The notes under the pieces: generated by a model
The model's input: only the letters and a program-made list of their open reading frames with translations
What the model was told of the DNA's origin: nothing
Database searches by the model: none
Program-made: the position numbers and the translations under genes
In this document: positions 8,252 to 17,429 of the stretch, in pieces
Layout: each line of letters starts with the position of its first letter
Position numbering within the stretch: the first letter of the stretch is position 1
Source of the DNA: Candidatus Micrarchaeota archaeon
GTDB taxonomy: Archaea > Micrarchaeota > Micrarchaeia > Norongarragalinales > SBBD01
NCBI GenBank assembly: GCA_043806595.1
Contig: JAZDGU010000021.1
Span: 1-36,392, forward strand
DNA length: 36,392 nucleotides
Reading direction: 5' to 3'

Positions 8252-8606
8252 CTCGTCGGCTTGGCTCGACCATTTCATGGCCGAAAAGCGGGGATTGGAA
8301 GTAAGAGAGCTGCTGAAATCCGATGAGAAAGTCGTCACCTCGTCGATAAACCTTTTCGAGGTCTACTTCCAGTCCTTGAGGAAATTTCCCAAAGAGGCGG
8401 AGGAAATCCGCGGGTACATCCTCTCCCGCTGCGATGTGATTCCGGCTGACAAGGAGATTGTCCGCGATGCGGCCAAGGTCAAGCTTGCGCGGGGGCTGTC
8501 GATGGCGGACTCGATCGTGTGGGCCACCGCCGAAAAGCACGGGGCGACGATCTACACGAGCGACGCAGACTTCAGGGGCTACCGGCCGCTGCGCCTGCTC
8601 CGCTGA
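8235..8606 (+). CDS. vapC: PIN-domain toxin VapC
   Basis: LIDSSAW, NLFEVY, LSMADS and IYTSDADF supply the acidic PIN catalytic residues. Confidence 0.92.
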   Translation: MTALIDSSAWLDHFMAEKRGLEVRELLKSDEKVVTSSINLFEVYFQSLRKFPKEAEEIRGYILSRCDVIPADKEIVRDAAKVKLARGLSMADSIVWATAEKHGATIYTSDADFRGYRPLRLLR

Positions 8607-8634
8607 AGCTACTCGGAAGAGAATCGCTCGGTTG

Positions 8635-9921
8635 CTACACGAAGTCGAGGTTGAGCTCCTCCTGGGCCTTGTCCGCGGCCGCCTGCATGTCCTTCTTCTC
8701 GGCTGCGGGCATGTTGCTGTGGTAGTCGGTCTTGATGCCGCTGAGTACCGCGAGCACGCGCACCGCGCCGCCGGTCATCGTCTTGTCCACGGTGGCGCCC
8801 CAGATGACGTGCGCGTCCTTCGCGATGCGCCCGCTGATGGCGTTCACCGCGGCCTCGGCCTCCCCGAGGGTGAGGTCCTCGCCGGCGGTGATGTTGATTA
8901 GCGCCTTGTTCGCCTGCGAGATGTCGACGTCGAGGAGCGGCGAGTTGAGCGCCTTCTCCGCGGCGTGGATGACGCGGTCCTTCGACTTGTCGTTCTGTAT
9001 CTCGCCGAGGCCGATGACCGCGATGCCGGACTCCTGCATTATCGTGCGCACGTCGGCGAAGTCGAGGTTGACGAGCCCCGGCTTGGTGATGAGCTCGGCT
9101 ATGCCCTTGACCGCATTCGCAAGAACCATGTCGGCGGCCTTGAACGCGGCGTTCAGCGGAAGGTCGGGCACGTAGTAGAGGAGCTTGTCGTTCGGGATGG
9201 CTATGGTGGTGTCGGCAGCGGCGCGCAGCTTCTCGAGGCCCTCCATCGCGTTGTTCATGCGCTTGGTGCCCTCGGAGGTGAACGGCATGGTGACGACGCC
9301 TATCACGATTGCGCCGTTCTCCTTGGCGGCCTTGGCGATGACGTGCGCGCTGCCCGTTCCCGTGCCGCCGCCCATGCCGCAGGTGACGAAGACCAGGTCG
9401 GCGTCCTTTAGCATCATCTTGATCTCGGGCTCGGTCTCCTGTGCGGCCGCCTCGCCCAACGCCGGGTTGCTGCCCGCGCCGAGGCCCTTCGTCTTCTTGC
9501 GGCCGAGCAGTATCTTCTTCTCGCTCTTCACCAGCCGGTACAGGTGCTGGGCGTCGGTGTTCATTGCTACGGGCGTCGCGCCGAAGATCCCTAGGTCTGA
9601 GACGCGGTTGATGGTGTTGCAGCCCGAGCCGCCCGAGCCTACGACGTAAATCTTCGGAGCGTTCTCCTCGAGGAACTTCAGCAGCTCCTCCTCGTCCTTG
9701 GAAAGCGGCACGCCGGGCTCCATTATTACGGTCTCAGGCTTCTCGGCCTTCGACGGCTCCGTGAGGGCGGAGTGCATCTCCTCCGTGGCCTTCGCCTGCC
9801 GCTCCTGCTCCATGTGGCGCTCCTCGTTCTCGCGGCGGATCTCGTCCTTGGCGTCCTCGACCTCCTCGAGGCCTCCCGGGCCTGTGCCGATGTTCTCGCT
9901 GAGCTTCTGCAACAGGTTCAT
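8635..9921 (-). CDS. ftsZ: Cell division protein FtsZ (FtsZ1-type context) with an acidic N-terminal extension
   Basis: [25 protein letters not shown], the GMGGGTGTG tubulin signature, and the T7 loop NLDFADV. Confidence 0.98.
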   Translation of the reverse strand: MNLLQKLSENIGTGPGGLEEVEDAKDEIRRENEERHMEQERQAKATEEMHSALTEPSKAEKPETVIMEPGVPLSKDEEELLKFLEENAPKIYVVGSGGSGCNTINRVSDLGIFGATPVAMNTDAQHLYRLVKSEKKILLGRKKTKGLGAGSNPALGEAAAQETEPEIKMMLKDADLVFVTCGMGGGTGTGSAHVIAKAAKENGAIVIGVVTMPFTSEGTKRMNNAMEGLEKLRAAADTTIAIPNDKLLYYVPDLPLNAAFKAADMVLANAVKGIAELITKPGLVNLDFADVRTIMQESGIAVIGLGEIQNDKSKDRVIHAAEKALNSPLLDVDISQANKALINITAGEDLTLGEAEAAVNAISGRIAKDAHVIWGATVDKTMTGGAVRVLAVLSGIKTDYHSNMPAAEKKDMQAAADKAQEELNLDFV

Positions 9922-10151
9922 GGCAGCGCACCGGGGGCGTCATGGCCGTCTTTCGAGAAAGCGGCCTTCGCGATGTAGGCGAGCACCAGAAGCTCTAGGA
10001 TGATGAACGGGTAGAGGAGGATGCCGAGGGAGAAGTTGAGCGAGAAAAGCGAAACCGGCACCTCGTTGAAAGCCGCGACTATGAGCAGCGAAAGCGCTAT
10101 GAAGCAGAATACGGCGATCAGAATCCTGTTGAACTCCTTCTTCTTGTCCAT
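9918..10151 (-). CDS. Small 2-TM membrane protein, translationally coupled to ftsZ
   Basis: 77 aa with a basic N-terminus and two hydrophobic helices. Its TGA stop overlaps the ftsZ ATG (ATGA, 9918-9921). Confidence 0.7.
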   Translation of the reverse strand: MDKKKEFNRILIAVFCFIALSLLIVAAFNEVPVSLFSLNFSLGILLYPFIILELLVLAYIAKAAFSKDGHDAPGALP

Positions 10152-10249
10152 TGGCGGAACTCCCGATGGGATAAACTCGTATTTGTCTCCCACTGAACGT
10201 TTAAATAAGTATTCATGCGCCAAGGCATGCAAAACCGATGGGTTGCCCT

Positions 10250-10654
10250 ATGGAATTCAGGAAGGATGCGGAGTCGTACGCGATACGTCTTGCCCGGGGC
10301 GAGAGGCTGTTCGAGAGCATGCAGAAGTTCTTCGAGCAGACGGGAGTCAAGGGAGGGGAGCTGCAGGCCATCGGCGCCGTTGACGAGGTCACCCTCGGAT
10401 GGTACGACGTCGGTAAAGTCGAATACGTCTGGAAAACCGTAGGCGAAGAATTGGAAGTGGCGTCCCTCCTCGGCACGGTCACGGAGGCCGGGCTGCACGC
10501 GCACGGCGTCTTCTCGGACCGCGGGTTCCGGTGCTTCGGCGGGCACGTCAAGGACTTGAGGGTGTCCGCGACGCTCGAGATATTCCTGCGCGAGCAGAGG
10601 AAGATCCGCAGGCAGGAGGACAAGGCCACGGGATTGAAGCTCATGGAACTATAG
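10250..10654 (+). CDS. DUF296/PPC-domain protein
   Basis: IRLARGE, AIGAV, LEVASLLGTV, LHAHGVF, GGHV and ATLEI. Confidence 0.9.
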   Translation: MEFRKDAESYAIRLARGERLFESMQKFFEQTGVKGGELQAIGAVDEVTLGWYDVGKVEYVWKTVGEELEVASLLGTVTEAGLHAHGVFSDRGFRCFGGHVKDLRVSATLEIFLREQRKIRRQEDKATGLKLMEL

Positions 10655-10666
10655 GCGTGCCCCCCT

Positions 10667-11323
10667 ATGCTCGACCAGATAATCTCATTGTTCCAGCAGC
10701 TCTACGACGTGGAGTTCCTCATCCGCACCGTCGGCTACGCGGGAATCGCGTTCATCATCTTCGCCGAGACGGGGCTTATGATAGGGTTCTTCCTGCCGGG
10801 GGACTCGCTGCTCGTGACCGCCGGAGTGTTCGCCGCAGCCGGGCTGCTGGACATCTGGACGCTCAACCTGCTGCTCATCCCAGCCGCGATCATCGGCGAC
10901 GCGGTGAATTACTACATAGGCAAGAGGATCGGCCCGGCGCTCTACAGCCGGCCGGATTCCCGGTTCTTCAGGCAGTCGCACCTCAAGAAGGCGAAGGAGT
11001 TCTACGAGAAGCACGGCGGCAAGATGATAATCCTCGCGCGGTTCGTGCCCGTAGTGCGCACGTTCGCGCCCACTGTAGCAGGAATCGCGGGCATGAGCTA
11101 CCCCAAGTTCGCGATGTACAACGTCGTCGGCGGCGTGCTGTGGGTAGCCGGCCTCACGCTCCTCGGGTTCTTCCTCGGCAAGTCGGTGCCGGACATCGAG
11201 AAGAACATAATCGTCGTCATAGCGGTGGTCATCTTCGTTTCCTTCCTGCCGGCAATATGGGAAATCTGGAAGCACCGGCAGGAAAAGAAAAAGCAGGCGC
11301 AGGAAGGCGGAGGCACGGTCTAG
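10667..11323 (+). CDS. dedA: DedA/VTT family membrane protein
   Basis: FAETGLMIGFFLPGDSLL, GDAVNYYIG and ARFVPVVRTFAP. Confidence 0.95.
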   Translation: MLDQIISLFQQLYDVEFLIRTVGYAGIAFIIFAETGLMIGFFLPGDSLLVTAGVFAAAGLLDIWTLNLLLIPAAIIGDAVNYYIGKRIGPALYSRPDSRFFRQSHLKKAKEFYEKHGGKMIILARFVPVVRTFAPTVAGIAGMSYPKFAMYNVVGGVLWVAGLTLLGFFLGKSVPDIEKNIIVVIAVVIFVSFLPAIWEIWKHRQEKKKQAQEGGGTV

Positions 11324-11378
11324 AGAAGGCATTAAAGGCTTTTCCGGTAAAAACATCAATTGCAACAACCGGCTACTG

Positions 11379-13826
11379 GTGGACGCACACATGCTCGGAA
11401 AGCTCGAACCCGCGAAACTTGAGAAGAAGTGGGAAAAGGCATGGGAAGACCTCAGGGTGCACCATTTCGACGAGAAGGACGCGAAGGCCGCGGACCCGAA
11501 GAAGCGGCCGTACGTCATCGACACGCCGCCGCCTTTCCCGACCGGAGAATTTCATACAGGAAGCACCCTGAACTGGGGTTACATAGATTTCGCCGCGAGA
11601 TACAAGCGGATGAAGGGTTTCAACGTCTTATTCCCCCAGGGATGGGACTGCCACGGCTTCCCCACGGAGACGAAGGTCGAGAAGAAGTACGGGAAGCTGC
11701 CGCGGGACGAGTTCCGCAGGCGCTGCCTCGAGTGGACTCACGAGATGGTCGCGAGCATCAGGGCGCAGATGAGGCAGATGGGCTTCAGCATAGACTGGAG
11801 GCACGAATACTACACCATAGAGCCGGAGTACCACCGCAAGGTGCAGCTCTCGCTCCTGCGGATGTTTCGGGCCGGCAAGGTGTACAAGGCGAGGCATCCC
11901 GTGCTGTTCTGCACGAACTGCGAGAGCGCCATAGCGAAGGCCGAGACGGAAGAGGCACAGCGCGAGGGCACGCTGAACTACGTCAAGTTCTCCGCCGACG
12001 GCAAGGACCTCCTGATCGCGACGACGCGCCCGGAGCTCATCCACGCATGCGTCGGCATAGCCTTCCACCCTCAGGACGAGCGGCATAGGCACCTCGAGGG
12101 CAAGATCGCGATTACCCCGGTTTTCAAGAGGCCGGTGAGGATTTACGCCGACCCCGCCGTGGATCCGAACTTCGGCACGGGCGTAGTCATGATATGCACG
12201 TTCGGCGACAGCCAGGACGTGCTCTGGGCGTACAAGTACAATTTGCCGGTCATCGAGGCCTTCGACGAGAAGGGCAGGATGAAGAACGCATCGCCGGAGT
12301 ACGACGGGCTGCACGCGAGCAAGGCGAGGATAAAAATCATCGAGGACATGCAGGCCCTCGGGCTCGTGACCAGGCAGGATAAGCTCCAGCAGACGGTCAA
12401 GGTGCACGACCGGTGTAAGAAGCCCGTCGAGCTCCTCCGCAGCAACCAGTGGTTCATCAAGGTCAAGGACTCGAAGCAGGAGATCCTCAAGGCCGCGAGG
12501 TCCATGAAGTGGCATCCGCCTCACCATTTGCAGCTGCTCGTGGACTGGACCGAAGGCCTCGAGTGGGACTGGTGCATCTCGCGCCAGAGGGTATGGGGAA
12601 TTCCCGTGCCGTTCTGGTACTGCGCCGAATGCGAGCACATCTACGCGCCCGAGGATAAGGACCTCCCGGCGGACCCCGCGGCGCAGGCGTTCAAGCACAA
12701 GAAGAAGTGCGACTGCGGCGGCGAAATCGTTGGCGAGACCAGCATCTGCGACGGATGGGTGGACAGCAGCATCACGCCGCTCATCGTCAGCAAGTGGCAG
12801 GAGGACGACAAGCTCTTCAAGCGCCTCTATCCGACGGCGATGCGCCCCCAGGGCACGGACATCATCCGCACGTGGGCGTTCTACACGATATTCAGGTGCA
12901 ACGAGCTCACCGGCTCCCCGCCTTTTGGCGAGATGCTCGTCAACGGCATGGTGCTCGGGACCGACGGCAAGAAGATGAGCAAGAGCCTCGGCAACTATGT
13001 TGAAGCGAAGGACGTCATCGCCAAGAGCTCGGTGGACGCGCTGAGGCAGTGGATCGCGCTCTCCGGCAGCACAGGCAAGGACAACGTCTTCTACTGGAAG
13101 GACGTGCACTACGCGCAAAGTTTTCTGACGAAATTGTGGAATGCTTCCTCGTTCGCCGCGAAAAACCTGGAAGGGTATGACGACGCGAAACAGCGGACGG
13201 ACGCAATAAAGCACCTGCGCGCGACGGACAAATGGATCCTCAGCAGGTTGAACTCGACCGTCAAGCTTGCGACGGAGAAGATGGACAACTACGACTACTA
13301 CGAGGCCATCGTGGCAATACAGAGCTTCTTCTGGAAGGAATTCTGCGACTACTACCTCGAGGAGGTCAAGCACCGCACGTACGGCACCGACGTTAAGGAC
13401 GCGCAATCCAAGGCCGCGGCGCAGTACTGCCTGCGCACCGTGCTGCTGCAGACGCTCAAGATGCTCGCGCCGTTCGCCTGCTACACGACGGAGGAAATCT
13501 ACCAGCACATCTTCCCCGAGGACGCGAAGAAGACTAGGTCAATCCATCTCTCCCCATGGCCAGAGGCACAAGACACGCTAATCAACCCGGATGCGGAGAA
13601 GATAGCCGGCGCATTGCACGAGATACTCTCGCAGATAAGGAGGTTCAAGGCGGCGAACAAGCTCGCGCTCAACGAGCCCGTGGAATCCGTGGAAATCCGC
13701 GTCCCCGCCGAACTTTTTTCCCGCATGCCCGAGATCGAGGACGAAATCCTTGCGACGGGCAAGGCCAAGGCGCTGGAGCTCAAGGAGGCAAAGGACGGCT
13801 TAGTCTCTGTCGAGGTCCGCGTCTGA
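11379..13826 (+). CDS. valS: Valine--tRNA ligase (archaeal type)
   Basis: IDTPPPFPTGEFHTGS (HIGH variant), GWDCHG, ATTRPE editing domain, WCISRQR, RPQGTDIIRTW and KMSKS. Start is GTG 11379 or ATG 11391. Confidence 0.96.
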   Translation: MDAHMLGKLEPAKLEKKWEKAWEDLRVHHFDEKDAKAADPKKRPYVIDTPPPFPTGEFHTGSTLNWGYIDFAARYKRMKGFNVLFPQGWDCHGFPTETKVEKKYGKLPRDEFRRRCLEWTHEMVASIRAQMRQMGFSIDWRHEYYTIEPEYHRKVQLSLLRMFRAGKVYKARHPVLFCTNCESAIAKAETEEAQREGTLNYVKFSADGKDLLIATTRPELIHACVGIAFHPQDERHRHLEGKIAITPVFKRPVRIYADPAVDPNFGTGVVMICTFGDSQDVLWAYKYNLPVIEAFDEKGRMKNASPEYDGLHASKARIKIIEDMQALGLVTRQDKLQQTVKVHDRCKKPVELLRSNQWFIKVKDSKQEILKAARSMKWHPPHHLQLLVDWTEGLEWDWCISRQRVWGIPVPFWYCAECEHIYAPEDKDLPADPAAQAFKHKKKCDCGGEIVGETSICDGWVDSSITPLIVSKWQEDDKLFKRLYPTAMRPQGTDIIRTWAFYTIFRCNELTGSPPFGEMLVNGMVLGTDGKKMSKSLGNYVEAKDVIAKSSVDALRQWIALSGSTGKDNVFYWKDVHYAQSFLTKLWNASSFAAKNLEGYDDAKQRTDAIKHLRATDKWILSRLNSTVKLATEKMDNYDYYEAIVAIQSFFWKEFCDYYLEEVKHRTYGTDVKDAQSKAAAQYCLRTVLLQTLKMLAPFACYTTEEIYQHIFPEDAKKTRSIHLSPWPEAQDTLINPDAEKIAGALHEILSQIRRFKAANKLALNEPVESVEIRVPAELFSRMPEIEDEILATGKAKALELKEAKDGLVSVEVRV

Positions 13827-13833
13827 AGCCCCG

Positions 13834-15210
13834 CTAGACCGCGTCAGACAACTGGAACTTGTAGGCGCCGAGATGCCCGAACGTGGGCGTCGCGCTGTAC
13901 TCGAACTTTCCGCACGCGAGCACCTGCAGGTATGAAGACCCTGCGGAACCTTCCATTTTCTCTCCAAGCGGCTCGAACTCGGAGGCGGCCATCCAGACTC
14001 CGGGGTCGGAAAACTTGAAGGAGCAGTAACTCGACGGATAATCATGGGTGCATGTCGTCTCGGGCCTAGAGCCCACGAGGGCGCTGTATTCAAAGCTCTG
14101 CACGTGGTAGGCATTGACGCAGACGTTCTCCCCGTCGTACTTCCATGGCTGGCCGACAAGGGCTCCGAATTCGACCTCGCGGTAAGGCGACACGTCGTTG
14201 AGGGAGGGCTTGCCTCCGAGGAAGCACCCCGAGGAGACCTTCACGAAGTAACCCCTACCGGGCTCGAAGCGGGTCGCCTTCACCCACTTGCGCTGCGGGT
14301 TGTCGTAGTAGTACGGCCCGGATGTTACCGAGCAGGACGACAGAAGGCCGACAGCATTCTCCGCAGTATATCCGGCGCCGAGCTGGTTCCACCCCGGCTG
14401 CAGTGAGACGCCATTCATGGTCTCTACCCTCCTGTTGCCCTCGAAGACTATTCTGCAGGCGTTCTTCGCCTTCGTCCAGAAGCCGTCGCTGACATAGACG
14501 AAGCTCCGAGTCATGTCCTCCAGGGTCCTGCGGTCGTAGGACTTGGAGTTGACGTTGTAGTGCCAGACGTTCACGTCGCCGCAGGTGTTCTCCTTGATTT
14601 TCCACATCGGCGGGATGCCTGTCAGCGGGCACGGCGCGATTCCGGGCGGGCAAACCGGGTTGCCGTCGTAGTAGACCGGCGAGCTGAAGAGGTTCCAGCC
14701 CGGCTTGAGGTTGACAGTGAAAGAGTACGGCTGGCCGTCGTCGGGAATCACTGGCATGCCATAAAGGGACGGAACCGGCATCTCGCGGTAGCCTGATTCG
14801 CCGCAGAACGGGGTATAGCTGCCATAGTCGTCCTTGCGGAGCTCAACGCGCACCTGCTTGCCGACGTCAGCAGGGGAAATCTGCGGCATGTCCTCGACAA
14901 TTTGGGAATAGCCGTCAAAGACGCCGCCGAGGACGTAGAACTCCACGCCCGGCCGCGGACCCTGGTTTGCCGGGTCGGTGGCATTTGGTACCGGCTTCTT
15001 CTCCCACTCGAAGGGGTAGAGGGTCACGACGGTCATGTCGCTGTCGCGCGTAGTGTATTGAACGTAGGAAATCGTGCCGGTGACGATGGCGTCGGCATTC
15101 TGCATGCGATATGACGCGTCGGCGCACTCGGAGGCCATCAGAGCCTGAGGCGGCTGGACAAACAGCATCGCAACGGCAAAGACTGCAACAAGGAAAATCC
15201 GCTTCTTCAT
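13834..15210 (-). CDS. Secreted Cys-containing multidomain protein with two 'L-x-P-G-W-N' repeats
   Basis: Signal peptide MKKRIFLVAVFAVAMLF, SD AGGTGA upstream, and repeats VNLKPGWNLFSSP and VSLQPGWNQLGAG. Confidence 0.8.
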   Translation of the reverse strand: MKKRIFLVAVFAVAMLFVQPPQALMASECADASYRMQNADAIVTGTISYVQYTTRDSDMTVVTLYPFEWEKKPVPNATDPANQGPRPGVEFYVLGGVFDGYSQIVEDMPQISPADVGKQVRVELRKDDYGSYTPFCGESGYREMPVPSLYGMPVIPDDGQPYSFTVNLKPGWNLFSSPVYYDGNPVCPPGIAPCPLTGIPPMWKIKENTCGDVNVWHYNVNSKSYDRRTLEDMTRSFVYVSDGFWTKAKNACRIVFEGNRRVETMNGVSLQPGWNQLGAGYTAENAVGLLSSCSVTSGPYYYDNPQRKWVKATRFEPGRGYFVKVSSGCFLGGKPSLNDVSPYREVEFGALVGQPWKYDGENVCVNAYHVQSFEYSALVGSRPETTCTHDYPSSYCSFKFSDPGVWMAASEFEPLGEKMEGSAGSSYLQVLACGKFEYSATPTFGHLGAYKFQLSDAV

Positions 15211-15216
15211 CCGAAA

Positions 15217-15426
15217 TCACCTTTCTCTTTTTCCAGCACCAGCCCAGCTGGGTGCTGTACTCCAATGTCGATGTTCCGTCGGTGGGAACGTCGAGCGCAC
15301 AGAGAGCCTGCTTGATGCAGCCCCTTGGCGTGCGCCGCGGTCTCCCTGCGCGCCTGCGGCCCGCCACACGGCGACGGCGAGCATGACGAGCGCCGCGAAC
15401 ACGGCCTTGGATTCCAAGAAAACCAC
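15217..15426 (-). other. Possible degraded gene remnant (signal-peptide-like start) or structured leader
   Basis: A hydrophobic start (ESKAVFAALVMLAVAV) lies downstream of a BRE/TATA-like AAACGCTTTATTA (15449-15461, minus). The rest is not convincingly protein-like in a single frame. Confidence 0.3.
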
Positions 15427-15482
15427 CGCAGGAATAGACGAGGCCCTCTAATAAAGCGTTTGCCTAATTGTTAGGCTCGCGC

Positions 15483-16763
15483 TTAATCCGGCCGGAAGAC
15501 AGCAGTACCGCCCGAATCAAGCAGCTTGGCGGAATACCCGCGGTCGACGTGCGGGGAGTCAACGACCAAACTGACGCCGTATTTTCCGGCGAGGGCGGTC
15601 CTTTCCGCCCCTCCGGCGCGGTAGTAATACGACCACGTGTCCTGCAGCCTTTCGCCCGCCTGTGGAACTGATTCCGCAAAAGCCCCCACGACAACTTTTT
15701 TCGAGGCATACAGGGGCAGGATGTTGCTCTCGCGGAACGGCGCGAGGACAACTGCGCCGTCGAAACTGTCAAGCGCGCCGAAAGCGGCGATCTCGCAGTG
15801 TATGAACGGCGGGGAACGGTATTCGGCGGCCTGCACTACGGCAAGAGACCCGAGCACGAGGAAGGACATGGCGACGCGCACGTCCACCGACGCCAGCCTT
15901 GCCGTGAATTTCGCCGCAACGGGGAAGAGGTAGGCCAGCTGCCGGAAGGCGAAGGGTGCGGCAAGCGAGGTTAACGCGAATGCGGAAATGACGGATTTCG
16001 TGACGTCGTCGGCGCCTTCCCTGCGGACGACCAAGGAATGGGCTGCCCCGAGGACGGCCGCGGAAAGCACAAGCCAACCGAGGACGCCTTCGGGGGGCAG
16101 GACGGTCACCCACGGGTTCTGCAGGCCCAACGCGGACAACGGAACCATCAAAACAAACAGTACCGTCGGAAGCGCGATGACCGCGATTGCAGCCTTGAGG
16201 CGCCCGGAGAACAGCCCGAGGGCGAGGACCGCGGACGCGGCGACGGCGAAGCTCCTGAAGTGCGAGAAGGGAAGCGCGAGCAGGAGGAAACCCGCCAGCC
16301 GATATCTCCCGGAGTCGAATGCGGAGACCGCCAATGCGAACAATACGAGCCCGAGGGTCTCGGCGATTGGCGTGACCGCGCGGTAGAACAGGAGCGGCAT
16401 GAACACTACGGAGGCGCCGGCAATCCAGGACTCGGTCTCGCCGCAGCCCATGCGCCTTGTGAGCAATACCGTTGAGAGCACGAGCGCCAGCGCAAAGGCG
16501 TAAGATAGTATATTCAGGGAAAGGAAGGCGTCCGCGCCGGTAAGCAGGCTCGTTTCCGCAAGCAGGATCGCGAAGGCCGGCGGGTACTGCGCAAGCCCGG
16601 CGCCGACGGAAGTTGAAGGCACCAGGACGGTTTGGTGGGACGTCATGTGCGCGGACTGGCGCGCGAGTTCCGCGGCGTCGGAGGTTACCGGAAGGCCGTA
16701 GTACTGGTGCGCGAGGAAGACTGCGGCGAGGGCGAAAAGGACTGCGGCCGTAGCGGGCTTCAT
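15483..16763 (-). CDS. Polytopic membrane protein, GT-C-fold glycosyltransferase-like
   Basis: ATG 16763 overlaps the upstream stop (ATGA). About 10 TM segments, an acidic residue in the first loop (TSD), QYPPAF, and a small soluble C-terminal domain (VLAPFRESN...KKVVVG...KYGVSLVV). Confidence 0.65.
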   Translation of the reverse strand: MKPATAAVLFALAAVFLAHQYYGLPVTSDAAELARQSAHMTSHQTVLVPSTSVGAGLAQYPPAFAILLAETSLLTGADAFLSLNILSYAFALALVLSTVLLTRRMGCGETESWIAGASVVFMPLLFYRAVTPIAETLGLVLFALAVSAFDSGRYRLAGFLLLALPFSHFRSFAVAASAVLALGLFSGRLKAAIAVIALPTVLFVLMVPLSALGLQNPWVTVLPPEGVLGWLVLSAAVLGAAHSLVVRREGADDVTKSVISAFALTSLAAPFAFRQLAYLFPVAAKFTARLASVDVRVAMSFLVLGSLAVVQAAEYRSPPFIHCEIAAFGALDSFDGAVVLAPFRESNILPLYASKKVVVGAFAESVPQAGERLQDTWSYYYRAGGAERTALAGKYGVSLVVDSPHVDRGYSAKLLDSGGTAVFRPD

Positions 16764-17419
16764 GAAAGCGCCCGGCGGATCTGGTCCGCCTCCTGCGGGC
16801 CGGAGTAAAGCCTGCCGTTGACCACGACCGAGGGGATCAATGCGATTCCGTACGCGTCCCGGAGAAGCTGGACCGCGCTGGAATTGAGCGCGGCGTCGAA
16901 AGAATACACGAGGATGCTGGAGGGGTCGCCCGCCTTGACCTGCGAGAGCGTCTCGCCCTGGCGTTCGCACGAGGCACAGCCGGAATTGTCGTAGAAATAA
17001 AGTATCGTGGCGAACCTATCGCCGCATTCTCGGTTGACCTGCTTGACGAAAAGGAAGTCCCGGATCTCGAGCAGGAAGTAGTCGGCCTTGAGCCGCCTGA
17101 CGTCCGCGTCAGACGCGCCGCGCGAGGCCTCGAGCACGGTAAGCGTCTGGCCGAGGCGCGAGGTCTCCTCGTTCAGGCGCGCGATCTGGCGGTCGTAGAG
17201 CGAGCACAGCGCGCCCGGCGATGAGTTCAGGTTTTCCTTGGTGATGAGCGCGAGCACTTCCGTCTCAGCGGTCTGGAAGCGCAGGCGGTCCAGCTCTTCC
17301 GACAGCTGCTGGCCTGCCTGCTGGTTCAATTGGATGCCGAGTAGAACCCCTACCGCGAAAACGAGGATGCTGACGACGAACGCGAGAACGTATGCCGACC
17401 AGTTTATCGTGCGTTCCAT
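16760..17419 (-). CDS. Membrane-anchored thioredoxin-like protein (CxxC)
   Basis: N-terminal TM helix and coiled region, then ILYFYDNSGCASC...LVYSFD...YGIALIPSVVVNG, consistent with a Trx fold with cis-Pro. Confidence 0.8.
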   Translation of the reverse strand: MERTINWSAYVLAFVVSILVFAVGVLLGIQLNQQAGQQLSEELDRLRFQTAETEVLALITKENLNSSPGALCSLYDRQIARLNEETSRLGQTLTVLEASRGASDADVRRLKADYFLLEIRDFLFVKQVNRECGDRFATILYFYDNSGCASCERQGETLSQVKAGDPSSILVYSFDAALNSSAVQLLRDAYGIALIPSVVVNGRLYSGPQEADQIRRALS

Positions 17420-17429
17420 TGCCGGATTC

